NCBI GenBank assembly: GCA_976551045.1
Contig: CDPCPM010000320.1
Span: 682,001-746,000 of the forward strand
Length of the DNA stretch: 64,000 nt
DNA from: Glaucostegus cemiculus
Taxonomy: Eukaryota
Direction: 5' to 3'
Part shown: one piece after another, positions 1-14,155 of the stretch
How positions within the stretch are numbered: the first letter of the stretch is position 1
Layout of the letters: the number at the start of each line of letters is the position of its first letter
The notes under the pieces: generated by a model
What the model saw: only the letters and a program-made list of their open reading frames with translations
Told to the model about the DNA's origin: nothing
Database searches by the model: none
Made by a program: the position numbers and the translations under genes

Positions 1-225
1 AAAAATTCTTCATCTCAGTTCGAAAGGGACATCCTTTTATTCTGAAGCTATGCTCTCGGATTCTAGACTCTCCTACTAATGGAAACATCCTCTCCACATC
101 CACACTGTCCAGGCCTCCCAGTATTTGGTAGATTTCAAATGAGACTCTTCCCCCTCCCCTTATCCTTCTGAACCATCAAATACAGGCCTAGAGCCATCAA
201 GTGCTCCTCAAGCATTAAGCTGTTG
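1..225 (-). mobile_element. CR1 3' fragment
   Basis: catctcagttcgaaagggacatccttttattctgaagc...ggaaacatcctctccacatccac is typical of antisense CR1 ORF2 ends. Confidence 0.6.
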
Positions 226-269
226 TCCTGACAACAAAAAGCAAGACACATCCAATTCAGATAATTATT

Positions 270-1190
270 GTCCAGTCTCCTCTTAAACCTAAAAATGGGC
301 CATTGATAGTGCTATAAAGTGATTCTTGCCAACAGCTTGCTTGCCAATGCTCAGCTTTAGTTTTGCCAAAACCACACAGCTCCAGATTTTATCACAGCCT
401 TGGTTCAAAATGCACCAAGGAGTTGAATTAATGCAAGTGACTGCCCTTGATATCAGTGCTGTGTTTGCCTGAACGTATCATCATTGGCCCTGTTAAAACT
501 GGAGTCAGCTGACATCAAGGAGAAAACCTAGCAATAGTTGAGCCAATCCTTGCAAAAATGAAGATGATTGTGATTATTAGAGGTCCATCATCCCAGCCCC
601 AGAACTTTACTGCAGGAGATCATCAAGGCAGTTTCCTTTACAAACCATCTTCAGCCTCTTTATCAATGACCTACCTACCTTCCTTCCTTCCTTCCATTAT
701 AACGTCAATTGGAGATGTGCAATCATGAGCAAACAAAGTTAAATTCCATTTGTTGTTACTCAGAAAATGAAGAAGCCTCTGAAGAAGTCACTTTAGTGAT
801 AAGTAACATTTGTGCCACAAGTGTGCCAGGCAATGACCAACTCCAAGAAGAAATAATTTTTAATCACCTACCTTTCATGTTCAATGGCATTATGTGTGCC
901 ACGTCCCCCACCGTCAACATCTTGGGGTTCACCATTAACTGCATTAGCAGATTGCGACTGGGATCACCACACTGAGTAAGTGGACAAGCCACATAAATAT
1001 TGTGGCTGCAAGAGAGGAGAGAGGTCAGGAACCCTGCACCAAATGACTTGCTTGCTGATATCCTTTCCACTTTCTGCAAGGTGCGATGGAACCACTTGCC
1101 TGGATGACTGCAGCCCCAGCAACTTTGCCATCATTCAGAGGAAAGAAATTCAATTGAATCCCCATCTCCCACTCAGAATATGGCACTGAG
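270..1190 (+). mobile_element. Degenerate CR1-clade LINE RT fragment (second family)
   Basis: gtgactgcccttgatatcagtgctgtgttt (VTALDISAVF), ttcagcctctttatcaatgacctacct (FSLFINDLP) and a PTVNILGFTI motif, with many frameshifts. Confidence 0.7.
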
Positions 1191-1569
1191 TCCTATAATA
1201 GGCAAAGCTCATTGGAAAATGATATTGAATAGAGCAGATATAGGTCAAATAATACATTATATGGTAATATCAATTTGTTGTGCATAAATTGGCTGACATT
1301 TCCAAGATTCTAATGGTGACTGCATTTTCACAGGATACATAAACAGGAACTAGTAGATGTAATGTACAGGCAACCCCTGCATTATAACTGTTTCGATAAT
1401 GGAAATTCTCCCTTACAGAATTCAGATCACTACCCAAAAATTTGAGGTACAGAATAAAATTCATTCTCACAGAATCTACATGATAAAAACTAAATAAATG
1501 AACAAAATTTGTTTCAACTCGCGTTTCTTGACACATGCAGATGATGTGGCTTCACATTACAGAAAACAG

Positions 1570-2730
1570 GGGTAGCATTTCCAGAAGGCATTTGATAAGG
1601 TACTGCACAAGGCAAGAATGCACAGGGTTGGGGTAATATTGGCTTAGACAGGGGTTTCTCTAGCTAACAATATAACTAGGTCACTCTTGCATCAACAATC
1701 AGCAGGTTGCTCCTGGGATCACTGCTGGGGCCCCACATTCTTTATATTTTTGACCTGGATGGGGAGAATGAAGACAAATTTACTAATGGGATAAAATAAG
1801 TGGGTTAGCAGCTTGTGAGAAAGGAAAAAAAAGGAGCTTGCAAAAGACCATAGATTGATTAGGTTTTTAGGCAAGGAGTTGGTAGATGGAAATATGAAGT
1901 TATTCACTTTGGATGGAGTGAGACAACAACAGTACAAAAAGAATCTAGGATCTGGTGCATGAAACACAAAAGTTTCAGCAAGCGTTAGAATCTGGAAGAC
2001 ATTGATGGGATTGTGGGAAAGTAAAATGGATTTAGTGTAGCACGTATAGATGGGTGCTTGATGGTCAGTACAAATTCGGTGGGCTGAAATTAGCTGTTTC
2101 ACAACAGCAGTACAGTGCAAAGACATAAAATTTCTAACACAGCTATATGCTAGGCTAATTAAAAGGAAGACCATTGGAAATGTTAGCATTTATTACATGG
2201 GGTATGGAGTATAAAAGTAGGGACATTTTTATACAACTTTACATGGTGCTGGTGAGAATGCTTCACCTGGAGTACTCCATGTGTGGAGTTTTGGTCTCCA
2301 CATTTAAGGAATTATATACTTGCATTGAAGGCAGCATAAAAGGTTAACTGGGCCAATCCCTGGGATTGAAGAGTTGATGTATGAAGAGAAGTTGAACAAA
2401 TTGGACCTGTCCTCATAAGGGCTTAGAAGAATGAGAGGTGAATTTATTGACATACAAGATTCTGAAGGGGTTTGACAATGACAGAAGTTGAGATGATGTT
2501 CCCCCTAGTGGTGCTTTTCTAGAACTAGGAGGCATAGATTCAGAACAAGTCACCCAGTTAAGACAGACAAGGAAGAATGTCTAAGGATTGTGACTCTTTG
2601 AACTGTTCCATCCCCAAAAATTCTGGAGGTGAAGTATTCAAGGCAGAGGTTGACAGGCAATTTGAACTTAAATGGAGTTGAGGGTTTATGGGGAGAGAAC
2701 AGTAAAGTGTTGCTGAGGGCAAGATCCTGG
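1570..2730 (+). mobile_element. Degenerate CR1 LINE
   Basis: ttccagaaggcatttgataaggtac (FQKAFDKV), cacctggagtac...gagttttggtctcc, agaagaatgagaggtga. Confidence 0.75.
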
Positions 2731-2914
2731 TCTGTTATTTAATGTACTTCACTATAAATGAAGCATTTTGGGGTACTTAAATTGTGTTACATAAATGTAA
2801 TTTCCTTACATCATGAGGGAGCAATGGGGAAAAGGGTATCAACTAACAGTGAAACTCACTCAGTAATGAAGATAAAAGGAAAGTGATCTCCCAGACAAGT
2901 TAACACATACACAA

Positions 2915-3655
2915 AACAGCAAAATAAGAGAAATAACAAGCAATGTTGGAAACACTCATCAGATCAGGCAGCACCTGCGGACAGAAAAACATAGCATTTC
3001 AGGTCAGAGGTCCTTTGTCAGAACTAGGAAGGAGTTTAAAAAAAAGTTGCAGAGAAATTGGTGGTAGGGTGCATGGCACAAAGGGAATATCTGTAACAGG
3101 GCAAGAGCACATCAAGTAATAATGGGACAGTTGGGGAGTCTCAGGGTGGAGAGCGATTACTCTTGTTGCTAATAGCAGAACATGTCTAGCAGATTAGGCT
3201 GTGTTAATGGAGGAAAAAAAACTAAGCCACTATTACACATGAATAACTTATAGCAGAAATAGCCAGCTTTGATAGAGAAAGCAAGTTACCTAAAGTTGGA
3301 AAATTTGGTATAGAGTCTGGAAGGCTGCAACATGCCTGGATGGAAGACGAGGTATTGTTCCTTAAGCTTGCATTAAACCTCATTGTAACAGTGCAGGAAG
3401 CCACAGATGTCAGAGTGGAATGAAGACTTAAGCTGGCAGGCAACAGAAAGCTCAAGGTCATTCCTGCGGGCTGAAAACAGAGGGTCTAGAAAGTAATCAC
3501 TCAGTCTCCATCTGGGAATACAGAATGTAGCATAAGATTTGGAAAAAGTGCAAGTGAATCGCTGCTTTAGCTGGAAAGACTGGGTCCCTCTGCAGCAGCA
3601 AGGGAAGAGGCAAAAGGGTAGAAGCTGCATCTCCTGCGGTTGCATGGGAAGTGCT
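2915..3655 (-). mobile_element. Penelope-like retroelement relic (GIY-YIG-adjacent region plus terminal repeat)
   Basis: Minus-strand frames give HFPCNRRRC and QSFQLKQRFTCT, matching the Penelope linker (FPCNRRRCxTC...QSFQVxQRFTC). A terminal-repeat motif ctcatcagatcaggcagcacctgcgg is present. Confidence 0.65.
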
Positions 3656-3744
3656 ATAATATGTGGAATAATTGATAGGGACAGAAAACTGGATCAAGGA
3701 ATGTTAAAAATACTGAAAGGGGAGTGAAGTGTCGGGTAGAAGTT

Positions 3745-4700
3745 CAGTACTGGAGAAACAATTAATATCAATTGTGAATAACTGGGGCCCCAGCACCAAT
3801 TCTTGCTGCGCTGCACTAGTCAGCCTTCCAACCTGTTAATAAAAATCCATTTATTCCTCCCATTTTCTGACCATTTATTAGCCTTTAATCCAAGCCGATA
3901 TATTATCTCGAGATAACATGTCCCAGTTTTGTTCATTATCTGTGGCACCTTTTTGAAAGCCCTTTGAATGTCGTCCAAATATGTTGCACCTGCTGGTTCA
4001 TTATTATCCATTCTGCTAGTAAGATTTAAATGTGATTTCCTTTTCATGAGTTCACGTTGACTGTGCTAATCCCATTATTTTCAAAATGCCCTGCTACCAC
4101 TTTAATAATAAATTCCAACATTTTCCCTTTCCCTGATGTTAGTTGAACTGGTCTAGCTTCCCATTGTCTTTAACCTTCACTTTTTGAATAGTGGTGCCTT
4201 CTTGTGTGGGAACCATTCCAGAATTTTGGAAGATAGCAACTAGTGCATCCACTATTTCCATAACTGTGTCGGACAACTTGTCAATTTTCAAACCCATTAA
4301 TTTTTCAATATTAATTTTACCAATGCTAATTTCTTTGTTCTTAATTTATACAAAACTTTCATTTCTCCACTGATTCTAGAGTGGTCTTCTATGAAGACAT
4401 AATATGTCTACCTTCTCTGCCATTTCCTTATTCCCCTTATAATTTCTACTTTCTCAGTCTGTAAGGAACCCACTTAAAACTTTCGCTAATTTTTTTAAAC
4501 ACATTTATACAAGATATTACAGCTTGTTTTTGTTTCTCACTAGCCCTATTGCAGACTTTCCCTTTCCTTCCCAGTGCTGAATTCTGAAAATTTTCCAGTT
4601 CAGTTTATTATTTACTTAACAGTTCAAAAGGAAAAGGCTATTATCTTTAGTTTCTCAATATCCATATAGTTGGACCACTATTGCTTTTGGGCTTTTGCAT
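3745..4700 (-). mobile_element. Degenerate CR1 LINE RT fragment
   Basis: ggggccccagcac, ggcacctttttgaaagccctttgaatgtc (DIQRAFKKVP on the minus strand), tagttgaactggtctag. Confidence 0.65.
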
Positions 4701-7700
4701 ATTAGATCAATGAATGACTGTATATCCTTTTTAGAAAAGCATTTTGTTAAGCAAAATTTTTTAAATCAAAAGGCTGGATGCAGTACTTGAGGGAATTTTA
4801 TTATTCTTTCTATGCACAAAGAGTACTGTGCTATTTGTTGCAGCAAAAAGTAGTTTTATAAACTAGACATGTTCTCCAAAGAATCAATGGTGCTTTACAA
4901 AACTTAATAAATTGAACATTTGTAAATTGAGGAATATCTGTATGACTATTATTTGAGTAACGTAATTCCACATTGTCATTATAAATCTTGTAACATGCAT
5001 GACTCTCCCTGTATTCTTTATGGCAGAGAACAATCTCACATGGAAGGTCCTGTAATGGTGCCACTGTGATAAGGATTTCTGTGTAGCTGTGGCACCAGAT
5101 CCTTTCTCAGCAGTGCCTTAATTTCTGTTTGTTACATGTGCAATGCCATGAGGATATATTTCATATTTTATTGTATTAACCCAATCAGATGGATAGGAAG
5201 GTAGACAAAGCAATGATAGATTGCCTCTTTATATGGCCTTCATATCGTCCACTTTGCATTCCTTCGTGAAAATTACTGAAGGCTATTTGAAGAAAAAACT
5301 AAGTTTTCCTGACAAATAATGGTTACTTGTTTTAAGTAATCTTGGGAAGGTGGAACAAAGGCAGATGTTTGGAAATTCTAAACCCAAAACTCCAAGTCTT
5401 TATTGTGGAAGGATATCTGATATTCAGCTAATCCAGCTATCAGGGATTAAATTATTCCAGTTAAAAGAAAAATGATCTCTTCCCTCTCCTATTCATTATA
5501 CCCAATCTATTTTTTTTATTTCTGTACTGTATATATAAGCAGATGAATTTAGATTAGGGTTTGTATCCATAGATGAAGACATCTGTAACATAGAAAAAAA
5601 TCACAAAAAAACCAAGGTGCACCAGAGTTCTACAATTGCAGGAAACTGAAGAGGAGAATTGATAAAAATGCACATCTTTCATACAAAGTGAGGCAATTTA
5701 TGAAAGCGGAGTGCACACCTTTAAATTCAGCGTGGGAATGGATTCTAAGGATCCTACATTGTGAAAGGTATAGCTTTGAACTAAGGAACATCAAAACGGT
5801 TCCCACACATTCAAGTCATTGGCTTTCAGTCATACATGTTTCACAATGTCAGAAAATCATAAAACACTATAGCCAATGAAATATTTTTTTTCCCCAAGTG
5901 CAGCCAGATTGTGATGTTTTGAATGTTAAATGGCCCATATGAAAGAGTGTAAGATTCCAACACTTCCTCAATACTGCACTTAAGGCTTGGACCCAATTAG
6001 TTTAAGGGTTTGCATGAGAATAGATTATAGGTGCAGGATAACAATTAGACAATTTCCACTTCCATCAGCTGCAGTACAAGTTCTGTCAATGCAAAACACA
6101 GATTGTGTTTTTTTTTAAAAAAGTGGGCACAGCAAAACAGTTTGTCAAAGTTCCATTTGATTTCCACACTGTTGCACAATTCAGTCACATTATCCCAAAT
6201 TGGAATTAGTTATTCCATATTCAGTAAAAATGTTTATTTCAACAATAACTGCACAAAAACTTTAGTAATTCAAGTGGGAAAATCTAGTAATTTCTTTCTA
6301 CATATATTCAAAATGTTTAATACAAGCATTTTCATATTTAATATAATTAGAACTTGAATATGAGCGACATTGTGTTGCATTAAAAAAGCTAACTATCATT
6401 TGATTACTGGCTTACATCACATTGATGCCGTTAATCTGCAAGTCAAATTGCCCACGAAAACATTAAATATAGTGTAAAATGTGCCCTGCATGTAGAGCTC
6501 AAACATGAAAATTAAACTTAATATGTCTGATGTATCCAAGAATGAGACAGTTGTATCGTCTATCAAGCAGCCCATTTAAGGGCTGAAATGCACACTAAGA
6601 AATGAGCAAGATACAAATAAAATCACATTACTGGATAATGTTAAATAAAAATACACTGGAGTATAATCCATAAATGTGTACGTCTGAAAGTTTTAAATGT
6701 TTTGATCAGAATGTAATGAAATCACCTCAGTCTCAGACTGAAATGCTAATCTATTAACAATTGACAATATTTGGCAAATTTAAAGTACAATTTAAAACAT
6801 TAAAAAGGCTATTATTTCTAATGTCTGAATACAAATATTTTGTTCTTTGCATACATATACAATTTAAATACATAGTTTTTTTTTAACCCCAAATGTGCCT
6901 TTAGGGTTTTACGTTTAGCACTTGCAATTCATTGTGTTTGATGTGCATTGATATCAGTTCAGAACATATTTATACCACTGTGCGCAAAGTACCCACTGAA
7001 CCCTGAGCGTAGACAGCAAGCAACTCCTGCAGAAGGAAAAATGAACTGCAATTGCCCTTCAGTCCGAAATATCACTTGTGGAATAAACACTGCCATATTT
7101 TCAACTGTTGCTTAGAGGTAGCCCGAGATCAAATAGTGAATGTAACATCAACAGAGCCCATCCAACGATAACTTAAGGATGTTGCAAATGAAATCCTAAT
7201 AAAATTGGAAGTGAGTCTCAGATGTTTGGCATTCACATAAATGAAATGCTACAGTACCATTATGTGGATAGTTTTACCCTTATCTCCTGACAAGCAGTTT
7301 TCTATTGCATGCATGAGACTGATACATCAAGTACAGATGCATCCATCTGTAAAAAAGATTATATTGTTGGGACTTTTCAGGAGTATTGCCTCTGGTATAA
7401 TTGGAGGGTCATAAAACACAGTGATAAGTGTTGCCTTTGACTAGTCTAGTTTCCAAATATCACAACATTTAATAGTTGTATACACCCACACTGAATATGG
7501 CAGTAAAGTGTGTTGCAATTTAAATTAGGAACCAAAAAGTTGTCAAAAATATCAACTTTAAAAAGGGAAATGCATCTCAATTTTGTCAATAATTGCTTCA
7601 ACAAAATATGAGTGGAAATTCTGTAAACCAAACTAACGGGCAGTATAAAACTGAATTAAACTAGCTCCAGTAATGGGAGTTGAAGACACTTCAAAACATA

Positions 7701-8702
7701 GTAGTCTAACTGCGCTAGAGAGTAGCTCAAAGTCGTTATTTTCTCTGCCTACTTGGTTTTCTAAGGATAACAGCCAGCCATGGTGTGGTGCAATGTTCAT
7801 TAATGAAGTGCTACATACAGTCCTTTAGGTAGTCAGGTGAAAGGTGACGATACATTTACAATCAAACCCTTGCTGTAAAGCCTATGCATAATCACAACAT
7901 CTTTCTTCTCCTGCCTCCTAGTGGTAAGACTTCAATATTCACTGCTTTGAAAGAATGAAATATAAAGATATTATTCTCACTGATAAATCAAGTACAGATG
8001 CAGGGGTAAAAACTTTAAGGATAGCCCTAAAAGCGGATATCCTATTCCCCTTTTGGTCATGAGCTGCCTGGCACACTCCAATAAATCAATGCTTTATTTG
8101 TCTGCATAAATCTTAAGCTGCAAATATTCAACAGAATGCATTTTGGTTTAGAATTTATCCACTAGAGAGACAACCATACCAATAGTTCAATTCATATCAC
8201 CTGAGCAACAAAACCATAGACACAACTGGAATAGATCTGCCCAAGTTTTGCAGGCTGGATTGATGGGAGTTTGCAGGATTATGGTTTAAGGGCTGTTGTT
8301 TAGTTATCCCAGTTACAGTTCAACTGCTGCACTCAAATTATTGCAGATACTGTTTTTTTTAAAAAAATGCTACATAAGCACTTAGTTTACCGAGTCAGTT
8401 CTTCATCAAGTGAAGTGTACAAACCAAGATTTTTTTTAAAAAAGTGTTCAGATTAAAGAATATATGCATTTACATGGGACTATAGGAGGAGTAGCCTCTT
8501 CTCCCAGGATGTCATGAGGTTTGTGAAAATTGTGTAAAGGCAGATTAAGCTTCAGAAACCTTAGTCAAAATCTACAGAGGCCCATTTTTCTGATTGACAA
8601 GTAACTGCCATAAATAACTATGATCAGTATTTTGCTTTGGTTGCCATAGACCATTTCACATACAACCATATATTGGGGTAGGGGGAGAGAAAGAGAGCAG
8701 AT

Positions 8703-8719
8703 GGGGGGGGGGGGGGGGG
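8703..8719 (+). repeat. G17 homopolymer
   Basis: Direct read. Confidence 0.9.
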
Positions 8720-10949
8720 CGGGTGGTGGGATTAAATACCAACCACTAAAATTCCTATTTCATACACACTGCAGAAATCAGTGTCATAAACCATTAACTT
8801 TTCTGAAGAATTTCCCCTTGCAGTAATGAAGCTAAAGGACTAACATTTCAAAAGAAAGTACTACAAGTGAGTATTATATGTTTCCAAAATTAAGCTTGCT
8901 AACTTCATGAAACTGTCACATTAACCTCAGTTACTGGCATTATAAACGTCAATTTCTTTAATTCCTTAGTAAACTTATACAGGGGACAGGAGTCACCATC
9001 TAAATATTTTTTAAATGCACAAATTTTATTGTTCCAAAGAGTTTAATTCCAAAGACTTCTAGCACTGGCAAACAATGCAAAGCATCTCTCAAACACCAAG
9101 ACTAATAGGCCATTTAATCATTGTTGTGCTGTCCTGAGAGGCAAAGACTCTTTTGCCTCACCATCTCAAAAGCCACCGAAACAGCAGCCTCAAAAATCTC
9201 CAGATGTACTTTGTACAAGTCAAGCATCAAGATGGGACCAATGCTGCAACCTGATTCGCACCCAGGGAACAACTTTCCCCAGTGTCCACAGCAAGTAATA
9301 TAACACAACTGTTGTGGACAGATAAGAGGATCTAAGATTTTTATCCTCAGAGCAAAGGTTAAAGAAACCTTTTTAGAAAGTGATTTGAAATGGAGACTAT
9401 TTCTACTGGAAATAAAGTTGTTAATCTGACAACACAGGTTGGCAGAAGAACTAGAGGGGAGGTGATGAGTATTCTTTTTACACTTCTCAGAACACATTAC
9501 CTAAAAGGGTCAAAATAGACTAAGTAACAGCTTTTAAAAGGGTACTATATAAACTTGAAAAGTTAAGCATTTATAGGGTTAGGGGGGAAGTGGGTCCAAT
9601 TGTGCTGTTCTTCCAAAGATATAGCACAAGCATGAAAATGCAAATAGTCTTCTCCTGTTCAGAATTATGAATCTGTTGAATGAAATAATTCAAATTTCAT
9701 CTGACATCACACAATATTTTGGAATAAGCACCCATTTCATAATTCTACACCTTTTCCAAAAGGGTGACGATCAGTTTCAGTATTAATTTACTGGAAGCAT
9801 TACTCTTGATTTGGAAGATTCAAAAATTCTGAATTTATTTTGAAGCTATATATTTGGCTGTGAGAAAACTATTTTTTTTAAAGTATCAGCTGTCTGCAAA
9901 CAAGATCAAAAGAATCCCTGGCTGCCCGAGAAAAGTAAACATGCTCTAAATTAATCTAAATAAGATATGAATTACAAAATCAGTTTATAAAAACTATTTT
10001 GTCTTCACATATGATAACATTTTTTGAAGATCAGTTTCTCTACTGCAAGTTCCACAACTCAGTATCAGACTTTCCTCCCTTCTAACCAGAAGCACCTCCT
10101 GATAAATTAATACTCAAGGGCATCATTAAACTTCTGTGTGTACACAAGGCTCCTACATAAAGGCTGCTGCAATGGATATTACTTGAGCTATTCTGGGTTC
10201 TTCATTTCCTTTCATGGTGAAAGTTATTTTGATACATTTCTTCTATTAGGATGCTTTCATGTTTATATTAAGATTGTAAAATATCCATAGTTTTTCTTTG
10301 AATGTCATGGAGGAAAACTAAATTGAACTAAGCCTCTAACAACCATCATGAAATAAAGTTATTTGAGCAATCCAAACCAATTACATGTCTTGCTCTCCTC
10401 TTAGAGGACTGTAACTTTCTCCACTTCCCAAAATTCATCACTGCAAATTTCACACAAGATAGTTTGGAAACTAATCTCCAACATTTCTGGCACAGCCCAG
10501 TAGAAAGTGCATCACTTGTGCGGTTCTGAGGAATAACTTTCCCTAAAACATTTTATGTTAAAAGAGAAAGTTGGCCAACAAAATAAGTGAAATTATTGCT
10601 GTGTCCGATTCTTTAACAATCACCAGATTCGTCATCTTCCAATACATCTATCCTATCAATATTATGTATTCAGCTACTCTTAACTTTGTTTTTCATGTAC
10701 TTGCAAGCTTTGTTGAAGACCTATGGTCCTGGGAACAATACTGACAACTAACAGCAGAGTTGCATTAAAACTGGATTTTTAAATCACTCTTCCTCTGAAA
10801 AATGTGACTTTCAACTTTTAATGATGTGTTTTTGGTCAAGATGTTTCATTAGTAAGCTATGTTATCAGTATACTCTGAAAGGTATAGGTGGTCACTCCGA
10901 TGGAACAGTCTCTAAGAAAAAGACACCAGTGTATTGTATAAAAGGTGTG

Positions 10950-10955
10950 TTTATT
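10950..10955 (-). promoter_or_regulatory. Polyadenylation signal AATAAA of the long isoform
   Basis: Minus strand reads attgAATAAAcacaccttttatacaatacac followed by tggtgtcttttttctt (GU/U-rich downstream element). Confidence 0.7.
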
Positions 10956-11985
10956 CAATAATCGATACAGACCAAATGCAATTTTTCTGCCTCTCAGTAA
11001 AACCGACTTTAAACTGAGGTTACCAACACTGGAGCTGGTACTGTATAGTGGGTATTTTGGCACATTAAAATATGTTCATTTTAAAAAAGAAAAAGGTTAA
11101 AAACAGCTGAAAAAATAAAATTATATTTAAAGGCAAAGACGAGGAATGGTACATTAATTTAAATTGCCATATTTGCCATAAAACAATCACTCGTCTAATT
11201 CTTGCTGCAGAGTTTAACTAGGAGAACCAGCACTTCACTTGATGCTTTTAGCGAATACTAAAGAGACACTTGCACAGAAACAGCTCGTATATTTTGTACA
11301 ACCCTCTGAAGAAAAAAAAGCCCAGAATCGACCATATAAAGATAAAACTCACACCTGGGCCTCCAAATCGCATTGGAAGTCTGCTACATTAATAAAGTAA
11401 GTTTTTAATTACAGAAAACATACAAGTTAAGCATCGCACACCAACCATACCCACTATACAGCATCGGTTGAACACTACTCAAGGGCAGCTGAAACCTCTG
11501 GTTATTTGCAGAAAAGAAAGTCAGCTCTTGTATCTTTACTATTCAGAGGGACAACAGTACAAAACAGTTTCAGCAGTGCCATTCAACATTCGTATCTCCT
11601 GAGGTAATGAGACAAACAATTTCACCTACTTTGGTTGGTAGTCCAGCTTTGATCCCAAACACTGCAGAAAAGAAATTAAAACAGGGAAAAACAAAAGAAA
11701 TGCTTTAGATGGGATTGCTGTTTAAACTCATAACCTCCGACATACGATTTTTTTTTCCCTTTTTTGTATTGCCATAACCATCACATGGCTTGTCAGAACA
11801 TACTGAGCCTAGTATCTGAAAACTCTGTAGATAAACAAAACCTGCAGACAGCACTATGCACTGTAAAAAAAAAAGTAATGAACACATAGTTGCACTGCTT
11901 AAATAGTCCATCCAGATTATACTGTTGTAACTTAGTGAAGGGGCCAGTTTTCCCAATTACAGGGGAATACACCCATTTTATTATT

Positions 11986-12043
11986 TGTGTGTATATGTAT
12001 ATATATATATATTATATATACATACATATATATAATATATATA
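11986..12043. repeat. Imperfect (TG)/(TA)n microsatellite in the 3' UTR
   Basis: tgtgtgtatatgtatatatatatatattatatatacatacatatatataatatatata. Confidence 0.9.
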
Positions 12044-12562
12044 TCATAGTATCGCCCCGTTCTCTCATGAGCAGTGAAGGAGATGCACTAGATTTATGGA
12101 ACCAATGCAGCAAAACCGTTCAGCAAACAGGGCCCTGACACTGCAATAGTGAAACCCTGTTTGATTGAATACATCAAAATGTAATTGTGTCTTTTCATAC
12201 ATAGTGAAGGAGTTTGGCGAGGGCAGCCTTGCAGCTAATGGGTAACCCCTCCCCACCCCCTTTACAGTAGTATCATTCGGAAAGCTGGACGCACATTTGT
12301 GCACGTTTTCTCTAAACAACAATAAGTTTTTTTTGTCTATTTGTTCATTCCTATATTGTGGGTTAAATGTAAGGCAGACTCCTGTCCATCCATGTCCATC
12401 CATCCATTCAAGGCATTGACTGAACGATTCGCTCACTCACTGGGTCACACATGCAGAAAGACGTGCACCAAGAACCTGGCCGAAACACTACGGTGCCACG
12501 TAACTCATGGAAAACAGTTTCGTAGTACTTTCAAGAGTCAGGATATCCCGAATAAGGAGCCC

Positions 12563-12631
12563 TCAGAAGAGATTCTCTTCAAATATTGCCATTAAGTCGC
12601 TCTGAAAATTCATGTCAATCGTAGCCGCCAT
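12563..12631 (-). CDS. BRD4: BRD4 last coding exon, C-terminal motif MAATIDMNFQSDLMAIFEENLF*
   Basis: Acceptor gtgatttag, 22 codons plus TGA at 12563-12565. This is the diagnostic BRD4 P-TEFb-interacting C-terminus. Confidence 0.98.
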   Translation of the reverse strand: MAATIDMNFQSDLMAIFEENLF

Positions 12632-12859
12632 CTAAATCACAGTAAAGGAAATAGGTAAGAAAATGTTCACGTGCAGTTCACAGTTAGTCTATTCTCTTGG
12701 TCATTTAAAACATCTATTTTTCCAGAAATTTTCAAATGATTGCGTGCTATACCGGCTCACTAATAGGAGGAACTGTCAAGCCAACCTTTAGTTAATCAAG
12801 GGGCAAAAGTGAAGTTAGATGATAGACCAGACTCAGCTATATGGAGACACATGAGACTG

Positions 12860-12945
12860 TACGAGACACACACGACTGCAGATACTGCAAGCTGGAGTGA
12901 CAAATGAAATGCTGGAGGAACTCAGCGGGTCAGGCAGCTTTGTTT
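12860..12945. mobile_element. Penelope-type terminal repeat fragment
   Basis: gactgcagatactg...gctggaggaactcagcgggtcaggcagc, same family as 2940-3020 and 28520-28665. Confidence 0.55.
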
Positions 12946-14011
12946 TCTCCCCCCAAAGGTTACATGGCCAGGCCTGCTCCTATTTGTTAAATGGCAAGGG
13001 GTTTGTAATTTGCATGTTTGCTCAGAATTTTCAATGCATGTTGATAGTCTGGGGGCAATGCCCAATGCAGTGCATACAAGAATCAAAGTTAGTTTACTCC
13101 TAGATGCCCTCCCAAGCTCAGCTAAGCTCAATGGAAGACCCCTGAGGGATACATGACCAAAAGGCGGCATGCAATTTCAAGTCAAGGGGAAAAAGCATTT
13201 TTTAATGAATGACAAACCTGATAATGATTATTTTTCCACTACACTCATGACTCAAGAGAACACAATCATTGTAAGCCATAAAATAATAGCTTAGAATGGA
13301 AGAATGGAGGATCTTCCCATCCATATTGAAGGTTTGACCTCTCATCTATTCCCTTCTTTTACTATCACATCCCTTTTTGGTACCTTTCAGTTTCTAAATC
13401 AGAGACACGACAGGTAAAAACCAAATCACCACCATCGAGCCAGAGTTCATTCTGCTCTGAAGAATAGTTGCAGTTCCTCCCATTTCACCATCAAAATATT
13501 CCGAAACTAGCTATACAGTTGTTGATCAGGATTAACATTTCAACATTAAATTAAAGCATTACCCTAAGATCAAGATTTCAAACACTGTAACCAGTCACAC
13601 TAAAGATTTTAATCTTTGCAATCAGCGTAGTTAAAAAAAGAGCATTCAAATGAAAACAAAGGCATTTTCACCATTGCTCAAAGGTACCAATATCCCCAAG
13701 GCCACTGGCCCTTGGGTATCCCCAGTGGTCAAAAGCAAGTGACAACTGATTTAAAAAACACACAGAAAGGTTGAAACCTATTTGATGCTTTTATGATATC
13801 CAGGCACAAACACTTTCTAGATGTCAAACAGGGAAAAATAAAAATCAAGCCAATTTTCTTTTTCACTCCACATCCTAGCTCAGGACACCCACTGCTAACT
13901 GCTAACACCCTGAAGACAAAGCACAAACTGACATTTATCAGGCCCGGCTCTAAGGGACTAGAAATCCTATTCAGGATTCTATCCCATCCAGGAGTTACAC
14001 TGGGAACTTAC

Positions 14012-14099
14012 TGCTTCCTTCCGCCTTCGTTCTTGCTCCCGTTTCCTTGCTAGCTCTCGCTGCTGGTCCAGCATAGACTGCGAGGTTGGCTGAGAGCCC

Positions 14100-14155
<56 letters not shown>

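Larger units (their letters stand above)
10935..12562 (-). other. BRD4: BRD4 long-isoform 3' UTR (about 1.6 kb)
   Basis: U-rich sequence with no recognisable transposon relics, running from the stop codon to an AATAAA with a downstream GU/U-rich element. Confidence 0.7.

Noticed and set aside
5225-5282. Exon-like segment (ttttttcttcaaatag|CCTTC...) downstream of BRD4
   Set aside because: It has only a poor GC donor, no recognisable peptide and no partner exons.
8703-8730. G17 tract as a functional G-quadruplex
   Set aside because: It is a simple homopolymer, C-rich on the transcribed strand, with no supporting context. Its length is also error-prone in assemblies.
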